DNA of 64,000 nucleotides from Myxococcota bacterium. GTDB taxonomy: Bacteria; Myxococcota_A; UBA796; UBA2385. The DNA lies in assembly GCA_044344255.1 (NCBI GenBank), contig JBIJDH010000006.1, positions 128,001-192,000 on the forward strand, in the 5' to 3' direction. Position numbers and translations under genes: made by a program. Below are positions 10,801-17,905 of this stretch, in pieces; positions within the stretch are counted from its first letter, which is position 1, and each line of letters begins with the position of its first letter. The notes beneath the pieces were generated by a model, which saw only the letters and a list, made by a program, of their open reading frames with translations, ran no database searches and was not told the origin of the DNA.

Positions 10801-11996
10801 GGCTTCGTGCCGTCCTTGGCCACCGGCGTGAGCTTGTGGGTGGTCTTATCCTTGTCGGCGTCGACGTCGCGGGCGAGCACGGCGCCCTCGCCGGCCTGCT
10901 GCCCGGACTCGACGGCGAGCCCCGCCGAGGCCACGGCCGGCCCGTCGACGTCGAGCCCGCCGAGGTCTGCGCCCTGCAGACCGCCGTTCGTGGCGTCGGC
11001 GACCGCGCCTTCGCTGGCGAGCGAGCCGCCGAGGGCGGTGACCGGCGCGGTGACCGGCGCGGTGTCCGCGTCGTTGTCGACGCTGTGACCGTGGCCGATG
11101 GACTGGACGACCGTGGCGGCGCGGGCCTCGGCCTCGATCTCGGTGGCGTCGGTGGGCCGGGAGACGTTCATGCCCTCGCCGCGGTCACCGGTCGGGCGCA
11201 GGCGGCCCTCCTGGTGCTGTACGACGTGGGTGAGCTCGTGCGCGATGAGGTGAAGGCCCTCTCGGCTGCTCGGGTTGAACTCGCCCTGGTTGAAGTAGAC
11301 GTCGGTGCCCACGGTGAAGGCGCGGGCGTGGATGGCGTCGGCGGCCTGCACGGCGGCGCCGTCGGTGTGGAGGCGGACCTGCGAGAAGTCCACCCCGCCG
11401 AAGGCGTTGCCGAGCTTGCTCTCGAGCTCGGTGGAGATGGGCCGGCCGCCGCGGCGGGTGGCGGTCTCGACCTTGGAGATGGAGCGACGATCCCAGGCGC
11501 CGCCGCCGGGGGCGTCGGCGTGGCGGGCGACGGCCTCCCCGGTGAGTGCGCTCGGCCCGGACACCCCGAGGCCAGCGACCCCGAGGCTGCTGCCGCCTCC
11601 GTTTCCGGAGCCGTACTGGCCGAGCCAACCGTTGACGAAGCTGTTCGAGAAGAGGCCGCTGGCGCTGTCGGCGACGAGCACGCCGGCGGCGCCGAGGGTC
11701 ATGGCGCCCTGGACCACCTGGACGGGGCCGCCGTCGATGCCCGAGAGCGCGGCCTGCACGAGGCTGTTGCCGTAGACCTCATGCAGCGAGGCGTTCAGGC
11801 CCGCCTGGGGCTCCTGACCCGGCAGGTGCCCCGCGATCCGTCCGGAGCTCTGCTCCGGCGACCGCACACGCTGTTCGGCGCGCTCTTCTTCCTCGCCGCG
11901 GAGGCCGGGGATCGGGCCCCTGGACGGCGCAGGCCGGCGACCCCGGGAGGAGTCGGTTTGAGGACCGGAAGACTCGAAGCCAAAGGAAGGGGGCAT
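4866..11996 (-). CDS. Giant DUF4157 (eCIS-core) multidomain protein: DUF4157, M15 peptidase, degenerate DUF4157, helical stalk, SPFH-like module, ADP-ribosyl cyclase/NADase-like C-terminus
   Basis: ATG at 11996 with GGAGG upstream, ~2376 aa. DFSQVRLHTD..ARAFTVG..HELTHVVQ; SWHKTGRALD..EWWH; DKVRVHTD..EELHH; FWSG..LES..LWGALS..SIFNKIE. Confidence 0.85.
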   Translation of the reverse strand: MPPSFGFESSGPQTDSSRGRRPAPSRGPIPGLRGEEEERAEQRVRSPEQSSGRIAGHLPGQEPQAGLNASLHEVYGNSLVQAALSGIDGGPVQVVQGAMTLGAAGVLVADSASGLFSNSFVNGWLGQYGSGNGGGSSLGVAGLGVSGPSALTGEAVARHADAPGGGAWDRRSISKVETATRRGGRPISTELESKLGNAFGGVDFSQVRLHTDGAAVQAADAIHARAFTVGTDVYFNQGEFNPSSREGLHLIAHELTHVVQHQEGRLRPTGDRGEGMNVSRPTDATEIEAEARAATVVQSIGHGHSVDNDADTAPVTAPVTALGGSLASEGAVADATNGGLQGADLGGLDVDGPAVASAGLAVESGQQAGEGAVLARDVDADKDKTTHKLTPVAKDGTKPHEKLSDAVVEGFRKFADEVKKITGHDVSTGFGDTSRGLDYTTRKVGADNVSWHKTGRALDLNQDLPWLILKDAQKEEGGTERMMFRLYLPVKEEAKPNEQQGAGNGGDRTQAAPTGGTPGESDNSALMVTLTEDQLKTADTNPFGKGAGQKKFLDVTGLAAKFGWNRIPAHNGWEKSYNKKEWWHYENRGGKGWYEAIREIYTDDELVSAAKTFTGGSEHYKGRLKAEGVPDALLDRIFEAPKPAGRKKNRNAFGFLRRDARPDVARPTGKGQQLPSDLKKGFQGLFGGAIDKVRVHTDAASQAYAQGHKARAMTEGQDIFFGRGQAPSMGDPGKVKLLAEELHHAVEGGGGAGISQPGDAHEREAKGFAGEAVSALLGAAPGLGDALSQGADVAGELSGALGSVGELAGRVSETAGQLSGMGGTLGEIGSAVQGAAGQVQQVAGQAQGYAGQAQQALSNPAEAVSRLAGSEEAPAIADRMSQRFGNSEEGGATGGASGESSVEGSSAASTGSTASSTSTTSTDGGGGGGGGGGSTSTASSTSSAGSIGGSGGMGAGSAPAPAPEPVAAGQTAAESFKNFATAGATQQAASWPSLGGNVDAGFQVEGAALNEALPTFTATMSGQMAPDAKGDGEVDAQRAEITDQVQGQTPTPPPVTPTNPGRFTGNASVGQSLSSLPAAATDDQKAQAGASAIRQIKTTDGTIATTPNPKPAIKLQGEQDPQRTERQRSEGMAQAQAAQVEAELAIRTGPGPEQVTLKELSEETEVPDIALGAISGTEQLPEFEEYLSLNLPADVQAKFDEAMAPGMDGAMSQAQAEFDAAATTRDTAHETEISRAQTEVERSNQEAQTAQEDAVRSARADITSEQQSTIQAQQKEISKVDSDARRKQSSDLSSIQSRVTQDGAKIDSEFQKAEQKAGQEVSKAEKSAADEKKAAEEKSKDRSWWQKAVDFVADAIKAVAEAVTAIFDAVRSLVATILDAAKAFANRIIEAAASFVKSVIKAFGEYLKSLVNNLLGSIFPGLARALCAFIDEAVELACEMVDHFADRLKETIAQVCDAINNTLKAISDTFNEAVNAALEIAKALATGNWQELLWMALEAALKLCGIDPAEFRSVMAQGEETISIIVKSPGQFVGNLIDAAALGFNNFKDHFVDHLKTGFVNWLTGQAGDAGITMPTAFDAGGIASLVMQVTGIDKEYVLEKAKKHIGAENVEKMQQVVGFVDTMWSGGLEGLANNLTEHLDGIYDEVVSKIQSFLMEKIVIAAVTKIATMFNPVGAIVQAVMTAWRLYEFMRDQISRIYGVVKSIIGSVHAIATGAIGGAAAQVESALAGMIPIAIDLLAKLIGVSGIGKKVREVLQALHKRIDDGIEKLIAKAKDLFKPKESKAKSGTQQGTQVQAGTNTATPDGAQTQAGAAPGTAQQSNANQGQATGGNGVDAANTGGNSQQGRGTTATPGSVTLVTPRLTVRDKDYGAIGMTMHGAARLKSSNDQPLDAGRQGSAQSRLTSALGSAAAARTAAVGVVGLSAQFGAIATEIKRGTAADLRSSNISVELVSVTSVELPAEVQQAIDAATAGQVTGASTPEAQQTELTGALEQRQGFTAGAESHSMWVATAGGSLTPMVASTPTPADQLLADWTGRLNTIADTTVRSETAAALRAAKGGITSLGRLLNNLWAMPDKHGARDKVKSLVWTKEAEVSTHIAKGFTAFGESAKPVDLNPRETLTSEFYATFKGRFIRISNSIGMGDPGGDAERIWLQTVSTILRTNSAYKAAPAVDPAGRYKDLGSDTMKSIISEFDPICDALAKYMSKQAAGASTFAFWSGKPGCSMAKANAQVALESSALGGLFDGLNIDGAWNTQLWGALSQAYAMHASNKVSGRRYLGFVGLGSSRDQSIFNKIEQPTFAGFFEEKALPVPDITFYACAVKVANIEEADHRFTGGGIKGTYQQGDRVSMVTLAEDKNKQRMDEYAAQKTASGSP

Positions 11997-12089
11997 CCTG
12001 CCTCCGAACGCACGGATACGCGGGGATGTTATCACCGCCGGCCGTCCTGGTCGGCACAAAGCGGGTGCCTTTTGTTGGAGATTCCGACC

Positions 12090-13097
12090 TTGAGCCGTCC
12101 CGTCCACCTGCGCAGGCTGCCGCTCTCCCTCGACGTGTTCGATGACGAGGCCTTTCACCGCGGCCTGCTCGAGCGGGTCGAGCGGGACGTCGTGCTCCAG
12201 GGGCAGCCCACCCCGGCGATCCACCTGTTCCACGACGATCACGAGCGAGTGCTCGACTGGTCGCGGGTGAGCGCGGCTGACCCCGACGCCGATGTCGGCG
12301 CCACCTTCGCCGCCCTCGCCGACGGGCGCGGGGTAGAGCGCCGCGTGGTCGTGGCGATGCTCGATGACCGAAAGGGCAGCCCCGCCGCCTTCATCCTCGA
12401 GCAGCTCCGCGAGGATGGCGAGCCCCGCGGCTGGTGGCTGGCGCTCCGGCCGTTCACGTGGAACGCTGCGCGGGTGGGGCGCTTCCACGGGGCCTGGCAG
12501 GTGGGGCAAGGGCAGGAGGGGCTGCCGCCGATGTTCGCCGAGCTCGTGAGCGCCGGCGAGGGGCGCCGCGCGGCCCGGGTCTTGCCTCCGGCGCCGCTCC
12601 AGCCCGACATCCGGGTCGCCTTTGGGGAGCTGCCCGAGGGGCAGGCGCCGCCCCAGGGGGTGGAGGGCTTCGCGAGCCTCGCCGTCGCGATGGTGCTGCC
12701 GGAGGTCCAGCGTGAGGGCATCGATCACGTCAAGGTGATCCGCCTCGCCGGCGCGGCCTGGGAGGAGTGGCACCTCCACGGCGACATGCCGGCCGACTTG
12801 GACGACATGGTGCGCTACATCGCGCAGCGAGAGAGCCCCGCCGAGGCCGTCGCCGTGGCCCAAGGGGTGCTCTTCATGGAGGAGGGCGAGCCGACGAAGG
12901 CGCTGCGGCTCCAGGCCGAGCGGGGCGGGAAGCGGGTGGAGCGTATCTTCACCTTCCGCTTCCCCGAGGGGCAGGCGCAACGCCTGCCCTCCCGCGCCTA
13001 CGCCCGCGGCCTCGGCCCCGTCGAGGAGGGGGAGGGGTGGCTCGGCGTCGAGCCGATGGTCCTCTTCGAGCTCGGCCCGCTCGGCGTGGACGCCTGA
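12090..13097 (+). CDS. Hypothetical protein (~335 aa), divergent from the DUF4157 gene
   Basis: 3' part of the long + ORF looks coding. TTG at 12090 follows GGAG. The upstream part of that ORF is antisense shadow. Confidence 0.7.
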   Translation: MSRPVHLRRLPLSLDVFDDEAFHRGLLERVERDVVLQGQPTPAIHLFHDDHERVLDWSRVSAADPDADVGATFAALADGRGVERRVVVAMLDDRKGSPAAFILEQLREDGEPRGWWLALRPFTWNAARVGRFHGAWQVGQGQEGLPPMFAELVSAGEGRRAARVLPPAPLQPDIRVAFGELPEGQAPPQGVEGFASLAVAMVLPEVQREGIDHVKVIRLAGAAWEEWHLHGDMPADLDDMVRYIAQRESPAEAVAVAQGVLFMEEGEPTKALRLQAERGGKRVERIFTFRFPEGQAQRLPSRAYARGLGPVEEGEGWLGVEPMVLFELGPLGVDA

Positions 13098-13124
13098 AGC
13101 GGCGGCCAGCGGCGAGGCGCCGGC

Positions 13125-14225
13125 TCAGCCCCCGGAGGCCGGCGGGGCGCAGAGGGTCGCGGTCACGCTGTCCACGGGCAGCTTGTTGCCGATGAAGAGC
13201 GCCGTGCGCTGGTGGATCTCGGTGGGGTGGAGGTCGAGGATGCGACCCCGTCCGTCCGTGGCCGCCCCGCCCGCCGCCTCGGCCAGGAAGGCGAGGGGGA
13301 AGGCCTCGTAGAGCACGCGGAGCTTGCCCTCGGGGTTCTTCTTCGTGGTCGGGTAGAGGAAGATGCCGCCCTTGAGCAGGTTCCGATGGAAGTCCGCCAC
13401 CAAGGAGCCGATGTAACGGCCGTTCCAGCCCTTCGCCTTCACGGCCTCCACCCACGTCTTCAGCTCGGGCCGCCAGGAGTTCGTGTAGCCCTCGTTGGTC
13501 GAGTACATCTTGGCTTCGGGGGTGAGCCGGATGTCAGGGTGCGAGAGGAAGAACTCGCCGACGGTGGGGTCGAGCGTGAAGCCGTGGACGTGGCTGCCGG
13601 TCGAGAGCACCATCATCGTCCCCGAGCCGTAGATGACGTATCCACCGGCCACGATCTCTCGCCCGGGCCGGAGCACGTCGCCGATGTCGGCCGGCCCGCC
13701 CTCGGGGGACTTACGTCGGAAGATGGCGAAGATCGTGCCGATGGTGGCGTTGACGTCGATGTTGGAGCTCCCGTCGAGGGGGTCCATGCAGAAGACGTAG
13801 CGGCCGCGAGGGAAGCGCTCGGGGATGAAGTAGGGCTCCTCGTCCTCTTCGCTGGCGATCGCGCAGACACAGCCCGCGTGCTCGAGCGCGCGCTTGAAGG
13901 CGTTGTTCGCGTACAGATCGAGCTTCTGAACATACTCGCCCTGGACGTTGACGTCGCCCGTGGCGCCGAACATGCCGGCCAGCCCCGCGCGGTTCACGCG
14001 GGCGCTCACGAGGCGGGAGGCCAGCGAGACCTGGCGCAGCAGCGTGGCGAACTGGCCGGTGGCCTCGGGGTGGGCCTTCGTGGTCTCGAAGATGAAACGA
14101 TCGAGGGAGATGCCCTCCTCGAACTGTCGCTCATCCATGCCTTCGAGGAGATCTCGGCCGGCGGTCGGCGCGGTCGGCGCGGTCGGTGCCGGGGGCGTGG
14201 GGGGCGTGGAGGGCGTTTGGGTCAT
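13125..14225 (-). CDS. fbp: Fructose-1,6-bisphosphatase class 1
   Basis: NVQGEYVQKLD, ASEEDE, DPLDGSSNIDVN, RYIGSLVADFHRNLLKGGIFLYP, GKLRVLYEAFP. ATG at 14225. Confidence 0.96.
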   Translation of the reverse strand: MTQTPSTPPTPPAPTAPTAPTAGRDLLEGMDERQFEEGISLDRFIFETTKAHPEATGQFATLLRQVSLASRLVSARVNRAGLAGMFGATGDVNVQGEYVQKLDLYANNAFKRALEHAGCVCAIASEEDEEPYFIPERFPRGRYVFCMDPLDGSSNIDVNATIGTIFAIFRRKSPEGGPADIGDVLRPGREIVAGGYVIYGSGTMMVLSTGSHVHGFTLDPTVGEFFLSHPDIRLTPEAKMYSTNEGYTNSWRPELKTWVEAVKAKGWNGRYIGSLVADFHRNLLKGGIFLYPTTKKNPEGKLRVLYEAFPLAFLAEAAGGAATDGRGRILDLHPTEIHQRTALFIGNKLPVDSVTATLCAPPASGG

Positions 14226-14236
14226 GGGGGCTCCGT

Positions 14237-14659
14237 TCAGGCGCTCTTGCAGTACGGTTCGAGTCGGGCGCGGAAGGTGTCGGTCCAAGGGGTGGCGGCG
14301 CGGCTGACGGGATCGACCCGGACGAGGGTGCGGGTGCCCTGCGCGTAGGGCACGTCTTCGTCGAGGGGGAGCACCGTGAAGCCGAAGACGAGGCTCGACC
14401 GGCCGAGCCGCTCGACCCAGATGCGGCAGCGCACCCGACCGACGCCGCGCACCGCCCGGTCGTAGGAGATCTGGTTGGCCCGGACAAGGTGGTATTGGTC
14501 GGGGTTGTTGACGGCGTCCAGGATGGTGCCCCAGCCGAGGTGGCTCCAAAGCTCGCCGATGGTGCGCTCAATGATCAGCAGGTACCGCGCGTTGTGCAGC
14601 ATCTGGAAGGCGTCGAGGTCGTCGAAGTAGACGCCGTGGACCGTCTCGTGAAAGCGCAT
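14237..14659 (-). CDS. Acyl-CoA thioesterase (4HBT/YbgC hot-dog family)
   Basis: VYFDDLDAFQMLHNARYL..E, VERLGRSS motifs; 140 aa. Confidence 0.88.
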   Translation of the reverse strand: MRFHETVHGVYFDDLDAFQMLHNARYLLIIERTIGELWSHLGWGTILDAVNNPDQYHLVRANQISYDRAVRGVGRVRCRIWVERLGRSSLVFGFTVLPLDEDVPYAQGTRTLVRVDPVSRAATPWTDTFRARLEPYCKSA

Positions 14660-14777
14660 CGTGTCCTTTGGAGTCCGCCTCGGCGCGCCTCGCAGGAGGG
14701 TCGCGGCGACCGGGCGGTGGCCTATCGCGAGCGCGGCCCTCCCAACAGGCTATGTCCGGACGCCCTTGGAGGATCCG

Positions 14778-17108
14778 ATGAGTGAGCTGCACCGTGACCC
14801 GAGTCATGCCGATGCACACGCAGGAGCCGCGCGCGAGGAGAGCCCCCTCCCGGCGATCCGCGCGCTCTACGCCCGGATGGCCGAGCGCCACGCCATCGGC
14901 CGCCGCCGCCTTGGGCGCGCGCTGACCCTCTCCGAGAAGGTGCTCTTCGCCCACCTCATCGACCCCGAGGGCCAGCCCTTCGAGCGCCGTCGGAGCTTCC
15001 TCGCGCTCCGCCCCGACCGGGTGGCGATGCAGGACGCCACCGCCCAGATGGCCCTCCTCCAGTTCATGACCGCAGAGCAGGACGAGGTCGCCCTGCCCAC
15101 CACCGTCCACTGTGACCACCTGATCCAGGCTTACGTCGGCGCAGGCCCGGACATGGCGGTCGCCCTGCGCGACAACCGCGAGGTCTTCGACTTCCTCGCC
15201 TCGGTGTGCGCGCGCTACGGCGTCGGCTTCTGGAAGCCGGGGGCGGGCATCATCCACCAGGTGGTGCTCGAGAGCTACGCCTTCCCGGGCGGCCTCCTCA
15301 TCGGGACCGACTCCCACACCGTCAACGCGGGCGGCCTCGGCATGGTGAGCGTGGGCGTGGGCGGCGCCGACGCGGTGGACGCGATGGTGGGCCTGCCCTG
15401 GGAGGTGCTCTGCCCGGGCGTGATCGGGGTGCGGCTCGTGGGCAGCCTGTCGGGCTGGGCCTCTCCGAAGGACGTCATCCTGCGCGTCTGCGAGCTGCTC
15501 ACCGTCAAGGGCGGCACGAACAGCATCGTCGAGTACTTCGGCCCCGGCGTGGAGAGCATCTCGGCCACCGGGAAGGCGACGATCTGCAACATGGGGGCCG
15601 AGCACGGCGCCACCACCTCGATCTTCCCCTTCGACCACCGCATGGCCGCCTACCTCCGCGCCACCGGCCGCTCGGAGGAGGCGGCCCTGGCGGAGGCGCA
15701 CGCCGGCGCCCTCGAGGCCGATCCCGACGTCTACACCGATCCAGAGCGCTACTTCGACCGGGTCCTCGAGATCGACCTCAGCGCGCTCTCGCCCCGGGTG
15801 GTCGGCCCGCACAGCCCTGATCGCGGCCGCCCCCTCTCCGAGCTCAAGGCCGAGGCCGACCGCGAGGGCTGGTCGCGGCGCTTGACGAGCGCCCTCATCG
15901 GCTCCTGCACCAACTCTTCCTACGAAGACATCGAGCGGGCCGCGCATGTCGCCCGCCAGGCCGCGGCGCGGGGGCTCGTCGCGAAGGTCCCCTTCTTCGT
16001 GAGCCCGGGCTCCGAGCAGATCATGGCGACGCTCGAGCGGGATGGTCAGGCCGAGGACCTCCGGAAGATCGGCGCCATCGTGCTCGCCAACGCCTGCGGC
16101 CCGTGTATCGGCCAGTGGCGTCGGGACGACTGGAAGAAGGGGCAGGCCAACACCATCATCAACTCCTTCAATCGCAACTTTCGTGGACGGAATGACGAGA
16201 ACCCGGAGACGCTGTCCTTCATCGCCAGCCCCGAGGTGGTGGTGGCGGCGGCGCTCTCGGGCCACCTCGGCTTCGACCCCGAGACGGAGCTGCTCAAAGG
16301 CGCAGACGGCGTGCCCTTTCGCCTCGAGGCGCCCACGGGCGACGAGCTCCCGCGGCGCGGCTTCGCCGAGGCCCAAGACGGCTATGTCCCCCCCTTGCCC
16401 CTGGCCGACCGGCGGGCGGTGGCCGTGCTGGTGGCCCCCGGCTCGCGGCGCCTCGAGCGCCTCCAGCCCTTCGCGGCCTGGTGGGGGGGAGACCTCCCAG
16501 GGAACCGGGTGCTGGTCAAGGCCGTCGGCAAGTGTACGACCGATCACATCTCGGCGGCGGGGTCCTGGCTCCAGTACCGCGGCCACCTCACGAACATCTC
16601 GGGCAACCTCATGCTCGGGGCGGTCAACGAGCTCACCGGTGAGGCCGGCCTCGGCATCGACGGCCTCACGGGCGAGCCCGCATCGCACCCCGACATCGCG
16701 CGTCACTACAAGGCCGCGGGTCAGCCCTGGGTCATCATCGGCGACGAGAACTACGGGGAGGGCAGCTCGCGGGAGCACGCGGCGATGGAGCCGCGGCACA
16801 TGGGCGGCGTGGCGGTGATCGTCCGCTCCTTCGCCCGCATCCACGAGACCAACCTGAAGAAGCAGGGGATGCTCCCGCTCACCTTCCGCGATCCGGCCGA
16901 CTACACGAAGGTCCGCGGGGATGACATCATCGACATCGTGGACGTGGCCGCGATCGCCGAGGGTGGCTCCCCGTCGTTGGTGTTGCGGCACGCCGACGGG
17001 ACGGTTGAACAAATCGAGACCCACAACACCTGCTCGCCCGAGCAGTTCGCCTGGTTCGTGGCGGGGAGCGCGATCAACGCCATCCGCGCGGACCGCGCCG
17101 GGGCCTGA
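14778..17108 (+). CDS. acnA: Aconitate hydratase (mitochondrial-like type)
   Basis: DRVAMQDATAQMA, HCDHLI, GTDSHT, IGSCTNSS, NACGPCIGQW, NRNF, TTDHIS, GSSREHA. ATG at 14778 after GGAGG. Confidence 0.95.
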   Translation: MSELHRDPSHADAHAGAAREESPLPAIRALYARMAERHAIGRRRLGRALTLSEKVLFAHLIDPEGQPFERRRSFLALRPDRVAMQDATAQMALLQFMTAEQDEVALPTTVHCDHLIQAYVGAGPDMAVALRDNREVFDFLASVCARYGVGFWKPGAGIIHQVVLESYAFPGGLLIGTDSHTVNAGGLGMVSVGVGGADAVDAMVGLPWEVLCPGVIGVRLVGSLSGWASPKDVILRVCELLTVKGGTNSIVEYFGPGVESISATGKATICNMGAEHGATTSIFPFDHRMAAYLRATGRSEEAALAEAHAGALEADPDVYTDPERYFDRVLEIDLSALSPRVVGPHSPDRGRPLSELKAEADREGWSRRLTSALIGSCTNSSYEDIERAAHVARQAAARGLVAKVPFFVSPGSEQIMATLERDGQAEDLRKIGAIVLANACGPCIGQWRRDDWKKGQANTIINSFNRNFRGRNDENPETLSFIASPEVVVAAALSGHLGFDPETELLKGADGVPFRLEAPTGDELPRRGFAEAQDGYVPPLPLADRRAVAVLVAPGSRRLERLQPFAAWWGGDLPGNRVLVKAVGKCTTDHISAAGSWLQYRGHLTNISGNLMLGAVNELTGEAGLGIDGLTGEPASHPDIARHYKAAGQPWVIIGDENYGEGSSREHAAMEPRHMGGVAVIVRSFARIHETNLKKQGMLPLTFRDPADYTKVRGDDIIDIVDVAAIAEGGSPSLVLRHADGTVEQIETHNTCSPEQFAWFVAGSAINAIRADRAGA

Positions 17109-17136
17109 GCGCCGGGGCCTGAGCGCCGGGGCCTGA
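17095..17136. repeat. 3 x 14-bp perfect tandem repeat GCGCCGGGGCCTGA containing the aconitase stop
   Basis: Copies at 17095, 17109 and 17123; the first TGA is the acn stop. Confidence 0.9.
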
Positions 17137-17182
17137 GGCGACGGGGCGTGCTAGCCGGCCCGCCCCTCTGCCGGAGCGCCCC

Positions 17183-17797
17183 ATGGCCCTTGACCGCTCG
17201 ACCTCTGCCCTCTCTGCCCTCCTCCCTGCGCTCACGCTGCGCGCCGGAGGCCGCTGCGAGCTCTGCGCTCGGGAGGGCGAGCTCAGCCCGCGGTCGGTGC
17301 CCCCCGCCGAGCCCCCCTCCGCCGATCGGGCGATCCTGCTCTGCGCCGACTGTGACGCCGGGATCGACGCCCCCGAGGGCCGGCCTGCAGCCCGCTGGAG
17401 CTCGCTCTCCGAGGCGATCTGGAGCGAGGTGCCGGCGGTGAAGGTGCAGGCCTGGCGCCTGCTCTCTGCGCTCTCGGGGGAGGCCTGGGCGGCGGCGGCC
17501 CTCGAGGCGGCCTACCTCGACGAAGACACCCTGGCCTGGGCCGAGGCGGGCGCGCGGGAGGCCCCCGAGGCTGCGGAGGCCGAGGCCACCGCGCGGGACA
17601 GCAACGGCGCTGTGCTCCGCGAGGGGGACTCGGTCACCCTCATTAAGGATCTGCCGGTGAAGGGCGGGGGCTTCACGGCCAAGCGGGGCACCCTGGTCAA
17701 GGGCATCCACCTCATCGGAGATCCCGACCACGTCGAGGGATCGGTGAACAAGATCCAGATCGTGCTCAAGACCGCCTTCCTCAAGCGGGTGAGCTGA
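17183..17797 (+). CDS. phnA: PhnA-domain protein with N-terminal Zn-binding Cys motifs
   Basis: CELC..CADC N-terminus; RDSNGAVLREGDSVTLIKDLPVKG..KRGTLVKGI PhnA C-domain. Confidence 0.88.
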   Translation: MALDRSTSALSALLPALTLRAGGRCELCAREGELSPRSVPPAEPPSADRAILLCADCDAGIDAPEGRPAARWSSLSEAIWSEVPAVKVQAWRLLSALSGEAWAAAALEAAYLDEDTLAWAEAGAREAPEAAEAEATARDSNGAVLREGDSVTLIKDLPVKGGGFTAKRGTLVKGIHLIGDPDHVEGSVNKIQIVLKTAFLKRVS

Positions 17798-17802
17798 CCG
17801 CC

Positions 17803-17857
17803 TGGACGGTGGTGGACGGCTGGGCTACAATGTCCACGCTTGTCCACATGGGTCCGA
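17803..17857 (+). promoter_or_regulatory. Sigma70-type promoter with 10-bp-phased operator repeats
   Basis: TGGACG (17803)-N17-TACAAT (17826). TGGAC at 17803 and 17813; TGTCCAC at 17831 and 17841; GGTCCG at 17851. Confidence 0.65.
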
Positions 17858-17905
17858 GGATGACCTTCGGTCGGCCGCTCGGCGGGGGCATCGGGGAGCG
17901 CGACG

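Noticed and set aside
5001..12089. Very long + strand ORFs (5001-9971, 5' part of 10140-13097) and similar antisense ORFs throughout
   Set aside because: Shadow frames of high-GC genes with no recognisable motifs; the opposite strand carries the real domains.
11997..12980. 328-aa N-terminal extension of the 2704-aa ORF
   Set aside because: Antisense to the 12090-13097 gene; ATG 11996 has a GGAGG ribosome-binding site.
14240..14270. tRNA T-loop-like GGTTCGAGTC (a similar GGTTCGAG lies near 47452)
   Set aside because: No cloverleaf can be built; the first lies inside the thioesterase CDS.
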